In this document: positions 12,906 through 25,123 of the stretch, one piece after another | Layout of the letters: every line of letters starts with the position of its first letter | Numbering within the stretch: the first letter of the stretch is position 1 | Assembly (NCBI GenBank): GCA_013265495.1 | Contig: MU058037.1 | Location: 1,613,498-1,677,497, forward strand | From: Vicugna vicugna | Lineage: Eukaryota | Direction: 5' to 3' | DNA length: 64,000 nucleotides | Position numbers and translations under genes: made by a program | The notes under the pieces: generated by a model | What the model saw: only the letters and a program-made list of their open reading frames with translations | Databases searched by the model: none | Told to the model about the DNA's origin: nothing

Positions 12906-15900
12906 AACAAAACGATAATTAAAAACCAGATTAAAAGCATTATAAACACAGAATAAATCATGGATTTATCCTCGGTGTGGGGGAGGGTGTCTGCCTACAA
13001 GCTGTGCTTCCTTGGGTACTGTCCCCCAGTCTGAGGACAAGCTTTAGAGTAAGCTTCCTTTAAGTTACTGTGTGATTTCCATCTCCAGAATGATTCAATT
13101 ACCTCAAAGAAATCTTTACATTTAGGGTGACAAAAACCATAGTTTAAAAAAATCCAGTCTCTTTGATCACATAAAGTGTGGTCTTAGATTAAGACAGTCC
13201 TTCAGTTTATCTCTTTATGTGGCCATCACGTTTTCTACTGATTTTGAGTTAGTCATCAAAGAATTATGGCATTTAGACCTTTAAAATCAGACACTCCAAT
13301 CCCCTGACTTAATCAGAGAGGCTAATTTAGTTCGTTCACAGCTAAAGTGAACAAGTGCCAGAACGGGATGAGGACACAAAACCTCTTTAACTCTCAAATT
13401 GGTGCTCTTTCTGCATTACTCTGCCTCACTTGATTCCACAACAAAAACAAATACTCTTTGAGAACAAGGATTGTACACTCAGAGTCAGCCTGATTATGAA
13501 AGTATTTTACAATGCATACTGTGTTCAGCAAATACGATGTTAGTAAGAACATCCATAAATATATCAACTTATACACTGTCTATCCAAATTATAGTAAGGC
13601 ACACTAAAAACAGATTATTTTAATTTTTTATGTGTGGTCACATTCCCTTTAGTATATATACATTTTTTTCCATCACAGAAAAGACAAACATCTAACTCCA
13701 TCATGTTCTGATTGGATTTCTTCATTCCTGAATAGGACATCGGTTGTCTGGAAGTTAATTTATAGTTAAAATAATTTATAAGGCAGTAAACCATCAAACT
13801 GCCAAAACCTGAAGATAATCTAATACAATACTCAAGAAATCAGTGCCCATTTCAGTAACAGTATTAGTGTAATTCTTTGGGCTGGCCAGAAAGATTGTGA
13901 AGGGGGGCCAAGATAGGTCACATTAACTTCAAAATAAAAAAAAAAAAGCATCTGAATGCTTTTCATCTACAAAACCCAGTATTAGAATTCATGTTTTAAT
14001 GCAGTTAACCATAATTTGTATGTTCAAATGCTACAGTTACAACCAAAATGTCAACCACACAAAAGCATTCAGTTTGCAATGGACCAAGACCACAGCTTAG
14101 AGAAGAGTCTACTAACTGGCAAAGCTGCCTTTTCACAGCATCAAGGACCTTCTGAAGACCAACAGAAAATTATTTTTATAAAATCATTAGAGTGCACTGT
14201 TTTTGAGACATCTCTAAAAGTAAAATATTAATATGATCACTTTTATTTTATTATGGGGCATGGTGTTGCCCTAGTACTTACATCTTCAAGGTTTTGGGAG
14301 ATTAGGGGAGGAAAACTATGGCTACATAAACGACAGGATGCAGACGGTGGCGCAAAGCCTAAGATGAGCTTATTTTCTCCTCCAAGCTCTTCTCTTAACC
14401 CAACTGTTGATTCTGTACAGTTTTAGCCATTTCTAGTCTAGATAGCAGAGAAGGCACAATAATCACAGCCGAAATGGATCTTAGGAGTAGAGGTCAACAT
14501 TTAAAGAAAGGGAAAAATTATATACAAAAAGATCATGAAATAAAACAGATAGTTAACTGGCCAAAATAAGCCTAATTCACAATCAAACCTAAGAAAGTAA
14601 CAAACAAACAAAAAAAAATAAAGACAGGAGAGAGAAGAGGAGAGAGCATTCACGAAAATGCCCTGTAAACTGTAAAGTACTATACAATTAAAAGATAATA
14701 CTAACAGTAAAATAATAAAATAGGCATTCAGTCTATTTATTCCTCTTATTATGTTTATAAAAACAATGGGGTTAAAATGCTAGTACAATTAAATGCCATA
14801 TACAAGATCACACTGTTGGTTAACGTCAAAGGTGTATTTGAGCTCAGTACAATCTAACATAAACAGTGTGACTCTAATGCTCATGCCTAGCCTGGCATTT
14901 CCATGAGTTTATCAAAGCTGAAAAGTGTTCCTGGCTCACCGACTAGAGCAGCAGGGCTGTGACAAGCAGAGTAAGTCTGCTAAAGCACAAGGTCTGAAAT
15001 GGCTTCTCAGGAATGCTTCTCTCCCCAGAGTCAAAGCCTGTAATGAAAGGTAGGAATGGGGAGGAAGTAGGGTACAGAACTGAAGAGAACTCCAGATTCC
15101 CTGTAACTGTTTTACTGTATAAAACAGTGATCTGGGCAGAGCAAAAACCGATGGCTCCAACATGCCAGGGAATGTGTGTAATCAAGGACAAAGCCTAACC
15201 GAGAGGGAGTATCAGATCGAGAGGTGAAATACATTACTCTTTATCATCAGTTGACAGCCATTCAGAAAAATAGTACCCTAATATCTGTACTTCTTTTTGT
15301 CCTTTACGGTTGCACTCTGCCATCTGTTCCATTATATTTAATGGCAAATTCCAAGGAAACTCAAGCTGTCCAGTCTCCTTTGATTCATTCTCACATTTCA
15401 CATTAATAGACATCTCTGTCTACTACTGGAAACAAACAACCAATCCTCCTTTCTGCCCAGCTTTTTGGTCTTCAGAGTCTACTACTTTCCCATTTTAAGC
15501 ATAAACAACTCTCTCCAATTGTAAAGATAAGAAGGGTGAACAGGAAATCTAGCCTAAGGATAGTCCAAGTCACTTATGACTATTTCACTATGTGTAGCAT
15601 AAAATTATCCATTAAAGGCCATCAGGATTACAAACATACTAAATGTATACTTTTATAATTTTTCATTATAAAAATAATGCAAACTAACTGAAGGAAATGG
15701 AGAGGACATCTGAAACAAACGAAAAATCAGCTGTTATCTTACAACAGTAGATATTAATATAGAATATTTTCTTTCCCAATTTTCAATGATGATTTATTCT
15801 GTTTATAATGCTTTACCCTGGTTTTTACTTAACATTATCATTTAGAATCTTTCCATTAATTTTGGCACAAAATATTTTAGGTATATTCATACATTTATGT

Positions 15901-16119
15901 ATGAATAGTTTATTTAAAAATCATATATTCACAAATAAAATTTCAAATAGTAACTATGAACAGTAAATATTTCATCCTGTGAATGCACCATACTTTACCA
16001 AAGCATTACCCTATTATTTCCTATTTTTCATTATTACATATAATGCTGCTATAAATACTTTCCACAGAAAATGTTACTGTGTTTTAGAATTTATTTTTAG
16101 ACTAGATTTCCAAAATAGT

Positions 16120-16355
16120 ATTGGAATATGAATTCTGGGGCCAGACTACTTGAGTTAAAATCCTGTCCTAAACCCTTTTCAACTATGTCACTTTGGGAAA
16201 GTCATCCAAACTCTCTGTGTTTCAGTTTCCTCATCTGTAAAGTGGAGATGACAGTAATAGCACGCACCTTTATGAGGAACAAATGAGTTAGTTTGCATAC
16301 AGCATTTAAAATAGTGCCTGAGGTATACTGTAAATACTACATGCTAGTATTAATG
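16120..16355 (+). mobile_element. MIR SINE
   Basis: Well-preserved core ctctctgtgtttcagtttcctcatctgtaaagtggagatgacag. Confidence 0.85.
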
Positions 16356-16731
16356 TTTTTGAGCCCTGAAAATGACTAAAACTTAAAAAGGTTTTATGAA
16401 TGTACATGCCAAGCAGTGAAGTATGTCCATTCCAATTTCATCAGATTCTCACCAGCATTTGGATATTATTTGGATATTTTTAGTGTGTGTAACAGTGTGT
16501 GTATTTGTGCTTATGAATTGATAAGATGAAAATTTGTATTTTGTTTTCTGAGGATGACTGCCACTGGAAAGTCATGGTAGTCTTTATGATTTAACTTAGA
16601 AATGCAGAGCTTGTTTCTTTAAAAAATATATAAATCCAATGACATTTGCATTATCTTTTCGAGCTATCATTAAAAACCCTCATTTTAAAAATACTAGTGA
16701 GAACTCACATACTTTCTTATTCCTCACCATC

Positions 16732-16945
16732 TGTTATAGACTCAATGTTTGTGAACCTCCCAAATTCCTATGTTAAAACCCCAAGGTGATGGTATCTGGA
16801 AGTGGAGCATGTGAAAACTGATTAAGTTATGAGTTTGGAACCCTCTTGAATGGGATCCCAGAGAGCTTCCTCGCCCCTTCAATCGTGTGAGGACACTCTC
16901 TGAATCAAGGAACAGGCCCGCACTAGACACTGAATCTGTTGGTAT
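16732..16945 (+). mobile_element. MaLR LTR fragment (MLT1-type)
   Basis: Begins tgttatagactcaatgtttgtgaacctcccaaattcctatgtt..., a MaLR LTR 5' end. Confidence 0.7.
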
Positions 16946-17852
16946 ACTATTTTATTATTTTTTTAAAAAATAACTCTTATTGTGAGAAAAGTAATACACA
17001 AGGACATGACCCTCTAGTGAAGGCTGGGCCATTTTGCATACAAAGGCCAGGAAGGGAAGTAGAATAAGAACATGGAAATACAAGTGCTTTCTGAGCTGAA
17101 CTGACTGGTTAGTGCCTTCCACTGTCTCAATCATCATTAGACAAGATCTTTAAAGTCTCAAATTGCCAAAGTAAATATACTGCATTCATTTCTAAACTTC
17201 AATGTTGCTTATGTTGTCCCGCATTTCTAAAAGAGGTGAAATCATTAGGATAGAACAGCGCCAACTAAGAAATAGATTTACAAAAAAAGCAGCAAACTGT
17301 GGACTAAGAAGAAAGAAGATGCCTTTCTACAAAGTATAATGTACTCACACTCAATATTTCTAGTAGTAAAATAAAATACCTGCAAGATCATTAATTGATT
17401 AAAAAAATATTGTCATGTTAAAACCTAGAAGGTTGGCGAGTATAGAATCACAGCAGAGGCAGTTTGATATTTTATGAAGTATTTCATTCAAATGACAGTA
17501 GAGGTGAATTACTTCTGTTATACAACCAAGTATTTTTCTCTGACCTCTTTTTGTCACAGATTAACAGTGAAAAATTCCAATATCAAATTGTCTTCTCCAG
17601 ATTCTTAATTTTATTATATTCCAACCTTGCTTTATATTACATTAAAATACTGTATCCTATTTTTTTATTAAGTTACAACAGAATAGTTATAACTAATATA
17701 ACCTGTTAAATTTTGACTCTTTTGTACTTTTCCTATAAAATACACCAGGCTTACTTTTTTTTTTACAAGCTGCAGCTTTTAATTTAATAACTAGTTAAAA
17801 TAGGGAATATAAAATTTTTAATGAAGATGAAAATTAATCCAAGTATACTTAC

Positions 17853-17894
17853 CACATGAAGAATTTTATTCTCTGTTTCATATACAGTACAATC
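17853..17894 (-). CDS. CNKSR2: CNKSR2 coding exon (probably exon 5), 42 nt
   Basis: Long polypyrimidine tract ...ttttag|GAT TGT ACT... gives DCTVYETENKILHV, donor GTG|gtaagt; phase 0/0. Confidence 0.94.
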
Positions 17895-18098
17895 CTAAAA
17901 AAGAAAAAGAAACAGACACATTAGTTTAAAAAAGAATCAAGCATTCTTTTAAAAATACTTCCTTAGGAATTATACTACAATTTTAAAGTCTTGAAAATTC
18001 AAGCAAAACAGCAATAAGAATGGGGAAAAAACCTGGAATGCTATATGCCAAAATATTCACAGTAGTTATCTCTGATGGTCAGTTACAGGGATATTCTT

Positions 18099-20192
18099 TT
18101 TTATTTTATTTTATTTTATTTTACATTTTCAAATTGAGTAATAGTTATTGTACAATGTTGTGTCAAACTCTAGAGTAGAGCACAATTTTTCAGTTATACA
18201 TGAACATACATATATTCATTGTCACATTTTTTTTCACTATGAGCTACCACAAGATCTTGTGTATTTTTCCCTGTGCTATACAGTATAATATTGTTTATCT
18301 ATCCTGCATTTTAAAATTGCAGTCTGTCCCTTCCCACCCCCCGCCCCCTTGGCAACCACAAGTTTGTATTCTATGTCTATGAGTCTGTTTCTGTTTTGTA
18401 TTTATGCTTTGTTTTGATTTTTTTTTTTTATTTTTTAGATTCCTCATATAAGTGATCTCATATGGTATTTTTCTTTCTCTTTCTGGCTTACTTCACTCAG
18501 AATGACATCCTCCAGGAACATCCATGTTGCTGCAAATGACGTTATGTTGTCAGTTTTTGTGGCTGAATAGTATTCCATCGTATAAATATACCACAGCTTC
18601 TTTATTCAGTCATCTGTTGTTGGACATCTAGGCTGCTTCCATGTCTTGGCTATTGTAAATAGTGCTGCTATGAACACAGGGGTGCAGGTGTCATCCTGAA
18701 GTAGGGTTCCTTCTGGATAGATGCCCAGGAGCAGAATTCCTGGGTCCTATGGTAAGTCTATTCCTAGTCTTTTAAGGAATCACCATACTGTTTTCCACAG
18801 TGGCTTTCCTTGCTTCCCTCTCCCACTCTTAATGATTTAGATGTCTTCTTTTACAATTTTGTGTTTATTCTTTTTGTAATTCATGGCAGTTATCTCCTTT
18901 CCAGTTATGAGTTTCTCATTTTTTTAGCATCCTGCTTCTTTTCTATTTAGAGCTGACCTGTGAATATTTCTTTTAGCATGGGTTTAGTGTTGCTAAACTC
19001 TTTTAGTTTTTGCTTGTCTGTGAAATTCTTTATCTCTCCTTCTATTCTAAAGGATAGCCTTGCTAGATAGAGTATCCTAGGCTGCATCTTTTTTTCATTC
19101 AGGACTTTGAATATATCTTGCCACTCCCTTCTGGCCTGTAGTGTTTGTGTAGAGAAATCAGCTCAGAGCCTTATGGGGGTTCCCTTGTAACTCGCTCTTT
19201 GTTTTTCTCTTGCTGCCTTTAGGATCATTTCTTTTTCCTTGACTCTGGCCATCTTGATTATGATATGTCTTGGTGCGGGTCTGTTTGGGTTCTTCCTGTT
19301 TGGGACCCTCTGAGCTTCCTGTACTTGGATATCTGATTCCTTCTTTAGGTTTGGGAAGTTTTCAGTCATGATTTCTTCAAATACCTTTCCAATTCCCTTT
19401 GTTCTTTCTTCCCCTTCTGGAACCCCTATTATGCGTAGATTGGCATGCTTTATATTATCCCATAGGTCCCTTATGTTGTTTTCATTGTTTTTTATTTGTT
19501 TTTCTCTCAGCTGTTCTGATTGGGTGCTTTCTGTTGTCCTGTCTTCTAGGTCACTTATTCGTTCCTCTGCATTATCTAGCCTGCTTTGTACAGCCTTTAG
19601 GTCAGCTCTCATCTCAGCAAATGAGTTTACTAATTCTACTTGGTTCTTCTTTATAGCTTCTATTTCATTTTTGACATATTTTATATCTCTAAACACTATT
19701 TCTTTTAGTTCTTTCAGTACTTTGATCACTCCTTTTTTGAAATCTTGATGTAGTAGGCCATCAATGTCTATTTCCTTGATCGTGCTTTCAGGGGATTTCT
19801 CTTGATCTTTTAATTGGGAGTGGTTCCTTTGCTTCTTCATATTGCTCATATCTCTCTAGCACTGTGGCTTAAGGAGTATCAATTATCTAGTTCTCCTGGA
19901 GATGGTGTGCTCTTAATAATTTTATTGAGAGGTCTTTGTGTCTTCTCCCTGTTTCACTAACTCAGCTTGCTGTTTCCAGAGGCCCTCTGTTGGCGCCTTC
20001 GTCTGTGCTGCTCCCAGTGGCTGTCGGCTAGCAGATCGCGCCCCCTCCTAACACTGGGTCAGGAGCTGAGCTCTTACCCAGTGGGTGGGCTGGTCACTCC
20101 CCCTCCCGATGTCGCAGTCAGACGCTGCGCTCAGGGGGAGGCAAGTGGGCAGATCGTACCCCCTCCCAGCACCGTGGTCAGGTGCTGCATTC
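18099..20192 (-). mobile_element. Young L1 insertion, about 2.1 kb: partial 5'UTR, ORF1, inter-ORF region joined to the ORF2 end, 3'UTR and A-rich tail
   Basis: Perfect 15-bp TSD tacagggatattctt at 18084-18098 and 20193-20207; (TTTTA)n tail from 18099; ORF1 protein match; internal junction at about 18805. Confidence 0.93.
18947..19849 (-). pseudogene. L1 ORF1p, 300 codons with one in-frame TGA at 19163-19165
   Basis: MSNMKKQRNHSQ...coiled coil...NLRIIGVPEGEE...KGTPIRL*ADFSTQTLQARREWQDIFKVL...LKEIFTGQL then TAA; frame is continuous across the stop. Confidence 0.92.
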
Positions 20193-20619
20193 TACAGGGA
20201 TATTCTTATTTTTGCTTAACTGCATTTTCTAATTTTACTAATTTTAAACACACATAATAAATGTCAATACACATTAGACATAAAAATATTGGAAAAATTA
20301 TTGTAATCATTTCCTGTCTAAACTTTTACATGTGGATAAACATATTTTGCTGAAATAGTTTCAACATTTCAAATGTTAATTTATTATAGACTGGAACATT
20401 AAGAAAAACTAATATTTATTTCAATAGACATATCAAAATCTCAAGAAATGCTTTATAGCAAGCTATTAAACATACCTTATATTATGCATTTAAAATTGAT
20501 ACATGCTACCAATAAATACCAAGATTATAGTTCTTGCCTAAATTTGAGTCCCTGAAATTATAAAAAATTATTTAAAAAAATTCACCTTTGTCTGCAATTG
20601 CTAGACTTAAACTAAGCAG

Positions 20620-20830
20620 TAATATAGCAATGTGATCTCTGCTTAGAAACTTCGTGTTTCTATGGTTCAATTTCCTCAAGGAATTTATAAAATGGTATAA
20701 AATGGGCATGATTATTAGTCATAACTCAGTAAGAGTGTGTAAGAATCAATTGAGATAATGAGATAAACAGCTTAGCACAGCAGCTGGCATACAGTAAATG
20801 ATAAATACATTTTACCTATGACTTATTGTT
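20620..20830 (+). mobile_element. MIR fragment
   Basis: 3' part: cagcttagcacagcagctggcatacagtaaatg. Confidence 0.55.
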
Positions 20831-21589
20831 GTTCTGCATCATTATTTAAAAAATTTAAACTATCTTTACCTCAAAAATGTGGCTATCTAATTTTGAAAAA
20901 AATATCCATTTTCCACAGTACTGCATATTTCAAGGAATGAGAGTCCATTTCATTTTTTCCCCTGAATTTAATTTTAACAAAAAGGAATCTTGTTCAACAG
21001 TTTTTGATAATGTCATTTCACTACAGTACTTTGTCAGAAGTAGTACATATTCCCATCAGGGGCAAAATATTTAAAGTTCAATTCTGGTCTAATTCACTTC
21101 ACAAACTAATAGAAATACTTAAGGATTGTGCCTTGCCATTCTGAAGGGCTCCTATGCCAAAGGAGTTTGTTACAAACACAATCATATCTATGTCTATATA
21201 CTTTATATAAAGTCAACTCAATAATTCAGTATGAATTATACAGAGAGAGAAGCCAAGGTGTAGACAATACATTTATATTTGGGAAATGCATTTGTACTTA
21301 CATCTCAATTTGAAAGAGTTCAATTTTACAAAGTTAACTTCAAACACAATTACACTGGGAAGAGATGACTTGGGAAAAGCTGGGAAGCAGCCCAGTCTCC
21401 CCCAAGCTGCCTCTACAGCTTGCTTCGGCTGTAATGGAGGCAAGTTTCATTAATACTTACCTTCCTAGAATCAGAGAATATGATTAAGCATTCAAACTTC
21501 AAAGAGATTCTCCTCAAGGAAAAAAGTAAATATGATCTAAATGTATATCATGCTTGTGATAGAATAATCACAGAGAGTAACTATTTCAA

Positions 21590-22200
21590 GTCTCTTCAAA
21601 ATATACTTTACTTGTACATCCCTAGTGTGATATAACAAAAGAACTGTTAAAGTCATATACTATTTTCAGTAATTGTATTGTTGGTAGCAGTGTGTTATTC
21701 TGTTACTGTTTTGTTGAAATTGTTGTGTGTTTTATAGGATGAAGCAATAGAACAATTATATGATAGTATCATTCTATCACTCTTGGTAACATTGGTAAGT
21801 AATTTCATCATGGGAGAAAGCAGATATATAAGAAGTTAAGTAAAAACCTTTAGAGTCTCTTGATGTATTATGTATGTATATATGTATATATGTTTCTTTT
21901 AGCTCTGTCCACTGAAAAAGCCTAGAAACAATGACCAATCTATTAATAAGTGAACTCCCCCAGGTGGTGGTCTTCAAATACCATTTCCCAGGCCTTTGTA
22001 GAAAATGACTGATTCCAGGTCTGGGGTAGGAATTGCACAAGAGGAACTTGGATTATATTGTGATACAAGATAGAAAGAAAAAGACTACAAAGATTGTATC
22101 AGTAGGACTCAGAAGTCAGCAAGAAGAGATTCACACTGGCCAGAGATGGAAGAATTTGAGCATCTAAAAGGATAACAGCAATGGATGGAAACAGTAAATA
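21590..22200 (+). mobile_element. Old L1 (L1MC-like) 3'UTR fragment
   Basis: tagctctgtccactgaaaaagcctagaaacaatgacc...gattccaggtctggggtagga resembles the L1MC3/4 3'UTR. Confidence 0.6.
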
Positions 22201-23169
22201 TTATTAAATATATTAATGTTTGATGCTAAATGTTAAATATACTAAATATATCCATATATTTAGTAACAGTTTAGTGATACTGAATATAGTAAAAACTAAT
22301 TGGACAATATATAACAGATGTACTTTTTCTCTTGATTCAGCAAACATTAATCTACTGCACTAGGGATATAAAGATGAATAAAACATACCTGAGAGAAACA
22401 GATTAAGGAGATAGGCATTCACACAAATAAGTTAAAATACACAGAATTTCAATCTTCATGCAGTTTTAAGTTTCAATAACTTTATAAGTATAAATGCCAT
22501 AAAATATACAAATCAACATATGAAAGGTCAATTACTTAAAATTTTAAAATATTAATATATTTCTTATTAAAATTCAACATGACCATTATGTTGTGCTATA
22601 CACTATGCAAGTCAAATTCCAAACTTTGTGAAACTTTTATTAGCTGCTCCTCCTCAGTGACTAAAAGGATTACATTTGGAATCTTGGCCTTAGTACTATT
22701 CAAATAATAAAGCACTGATGCATACTTGACAATTCTGACATGACCCCACAAGACAAAGTCTAAGCGAGATGTATCAAGAGCCTGAAGTAGCCGAGTGTTC
22801 CCATAGGTCTAAAAAAACACAAATATTAAAATTAAAAACTTACTATTTGAAATAGAAATTAAGACTATTAAATTTTCAAATGATGTTTCTGTAAGTCTGT
22901 AGCATATTTATACACGTGAAGTTATTAAAGCTTAAATATGCACTAAGACTTTTGGGACACCCACAATTACTATAATAAAGGCAGGATCATGAGACTGGGG
23001 AAGCAGAGAAGGAAACAACTAACTTTGCCTTAAAAAAAAACAGGAAAAGGTGGCTTTTAAGTGGGTCTTGGAAAAAGTTAGGTCTTTAGGCAAATAAAAT
23101 AAAGGTATTACTGCAAAAGCAATGAAAGTACACTCAAACACAGTTAAGCTACTGTAGTAATTTTAAGAT

Positions 23170-23310
23170 TTTAGTTCTGCATATAAGTAAGAATCACTTG
23201 GGAGTGAGTTAAAATGCAGATTCCCAGGTCCATCCCCAGAAAAAGAGATTCAGTAGATACGGAGTGGGGTCCCCAAGATGATTTTGATAAACATAATATT
23301 TTGAGAAGCA
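23170..23310. mobile_element. MER5-type hAT-Charlie element
   Basis: agaatcacttgggagtgagttaaaatgcagattcccaggtccatcccc...gattcagtag. Confidence 0.7.
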
Positions 23311-25123
23311 GTTATTCTATTTTAAAAGGTATTATATGATAGAAAAATACCAAACCCAATCAAACAAAAAAAAATCAAATATAAAGAATCCATAAAACAG
23401 TAAACTGATCTAAAAATATCTGTTGACTTACTCTCAGTTCTCAGCTCCTCAGAACTATGTGTTTTGCTTATACATTCCCCCAATTTATTGATTGGTTTTT
23501 CTTTTTTTTTCCTGCTAGTAAACGTATCTCTTTATTTAAATAGCTTACTACGTTGAACAACTGCTTCTACTTGTTTATATCTCTGCCGTCTTTCAGCCAG
23601 AATGCCCCTTCATTATTGAAAGCCAAAGGCTTTCACAAAGGGAAAGACAGAATAATAAAAACAAAACAACAAAACAGAACAACACAAAAAAGAGCATATT
23701 AACCTGCTACTTTATAGTAGGGAGGGGAATAGAAACTAAATGACTATGTTCTATTTAGTTAAGCTATAATTTTATCAAGTTCATTTTATCATGCTAAATA
23801 TTTAAATAGCCCTAGGTACTTTGGGGGATTCATCTTATTAGTAAGTTATTTTATTTCCATCAAAATGTGATTTTAAAATATTTGCTTCTCAAGTGTGGGT
23901 TTTATTAACACTTAGGGTCAAATCTTTTCCCAAAAGATCATACCTCTAGTTTTAAAAATAAAATAGCACCGAATATGGAGAAATCTCCATTTTATGAACC
24001 TATTCATACTATGGAAAGGTACACCTCTGATGTTCCAGTTATTTTTAGGTTATGAATAAATTTAGATGTTTAAAATTGGATTTAGAGCTATGCCACTATA
24101 TCCTCCCAGGAATTCTCCTCAGTAGCTCATGCTGTCTTTTACTGTACATGCAAAATAACATTTGCATTTCTTCTTTATCCTTTTCCATATAATGCTTATA
24201 CAAACCATGTGATGCACATTTAAATGCACCAAATTCCTAATAAGACAATATTCACAAAAGTGAGGAGTGTTTCTTCAATTTTGATCACTTTTTTCCTTAG
24301 AAAAGTATGTGCAGAAATAGTCTCCCACAGATGAGCTATGCACTTATACAGGATCAGAATCAGTTATCCTTTCTGTGAAACAATGATCCAATTGCTATAC
24401 TGAGTAGAATACATAAAAAATTCTATCCTATATGTTACCACTGATGTTCCATACTTTGTCAGTGAGTTTTAAGTACCTGGGGATTAGACTGCTCAGTACA
24501 GGTAATATTTCTCATCAATTGTGTGTTATATACAGTCATAAGAATAGTATGCAGGTTATTAATATTAAATACATAGAGAGGGAAGAGAAATAGTGTATGT
24601 CTCTAATGCTATATGCTACTTTATGGAACATCATAATTATAAATGCTGTAAATTTTCATCTCTACCTTTTAAGTACATATATTATAGTACACTCGTACAA
24701 ATATAAAAAATGTTTTGCTTACAAGTAATATTTAAATGATCCATTAGGGAAAAGCTTTGATAATGGTACCTTCATACTGAATACTTCACACATTCTATCA
24801 TCAAGCTACCAAAATTTCTTCATATGCTTGTGATTAATTCATGTAATGAGTTAGTGTTATACTCTTATTCATTAATTTGTTTACTTAAGTCACAATACCA
24901 TTTACCAAAAAGTTTTTTTTGGGCATCTTCTAAATGCAATTCACTGTCAGGCACTATTGGGTGATCAAAGATAAATTAAACTTAGTCCTTGGCCATCATT
25001 ACTTCATTATTTAGTAGAGGAGAAGAAACCATTCAAATAATAATACAAGGTGGGCAAAATGAATGCTAACAGAAGCTTCCATTAAAAAGGAGATAAAATT
25101 CAGACTTACTCACTTAAAAAAAA

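Noticed and set aside
19368..19748. 126-aa and 85-aa plus-strand ORFs
   Set aside because: Antisense shadows of L1 ORF1.
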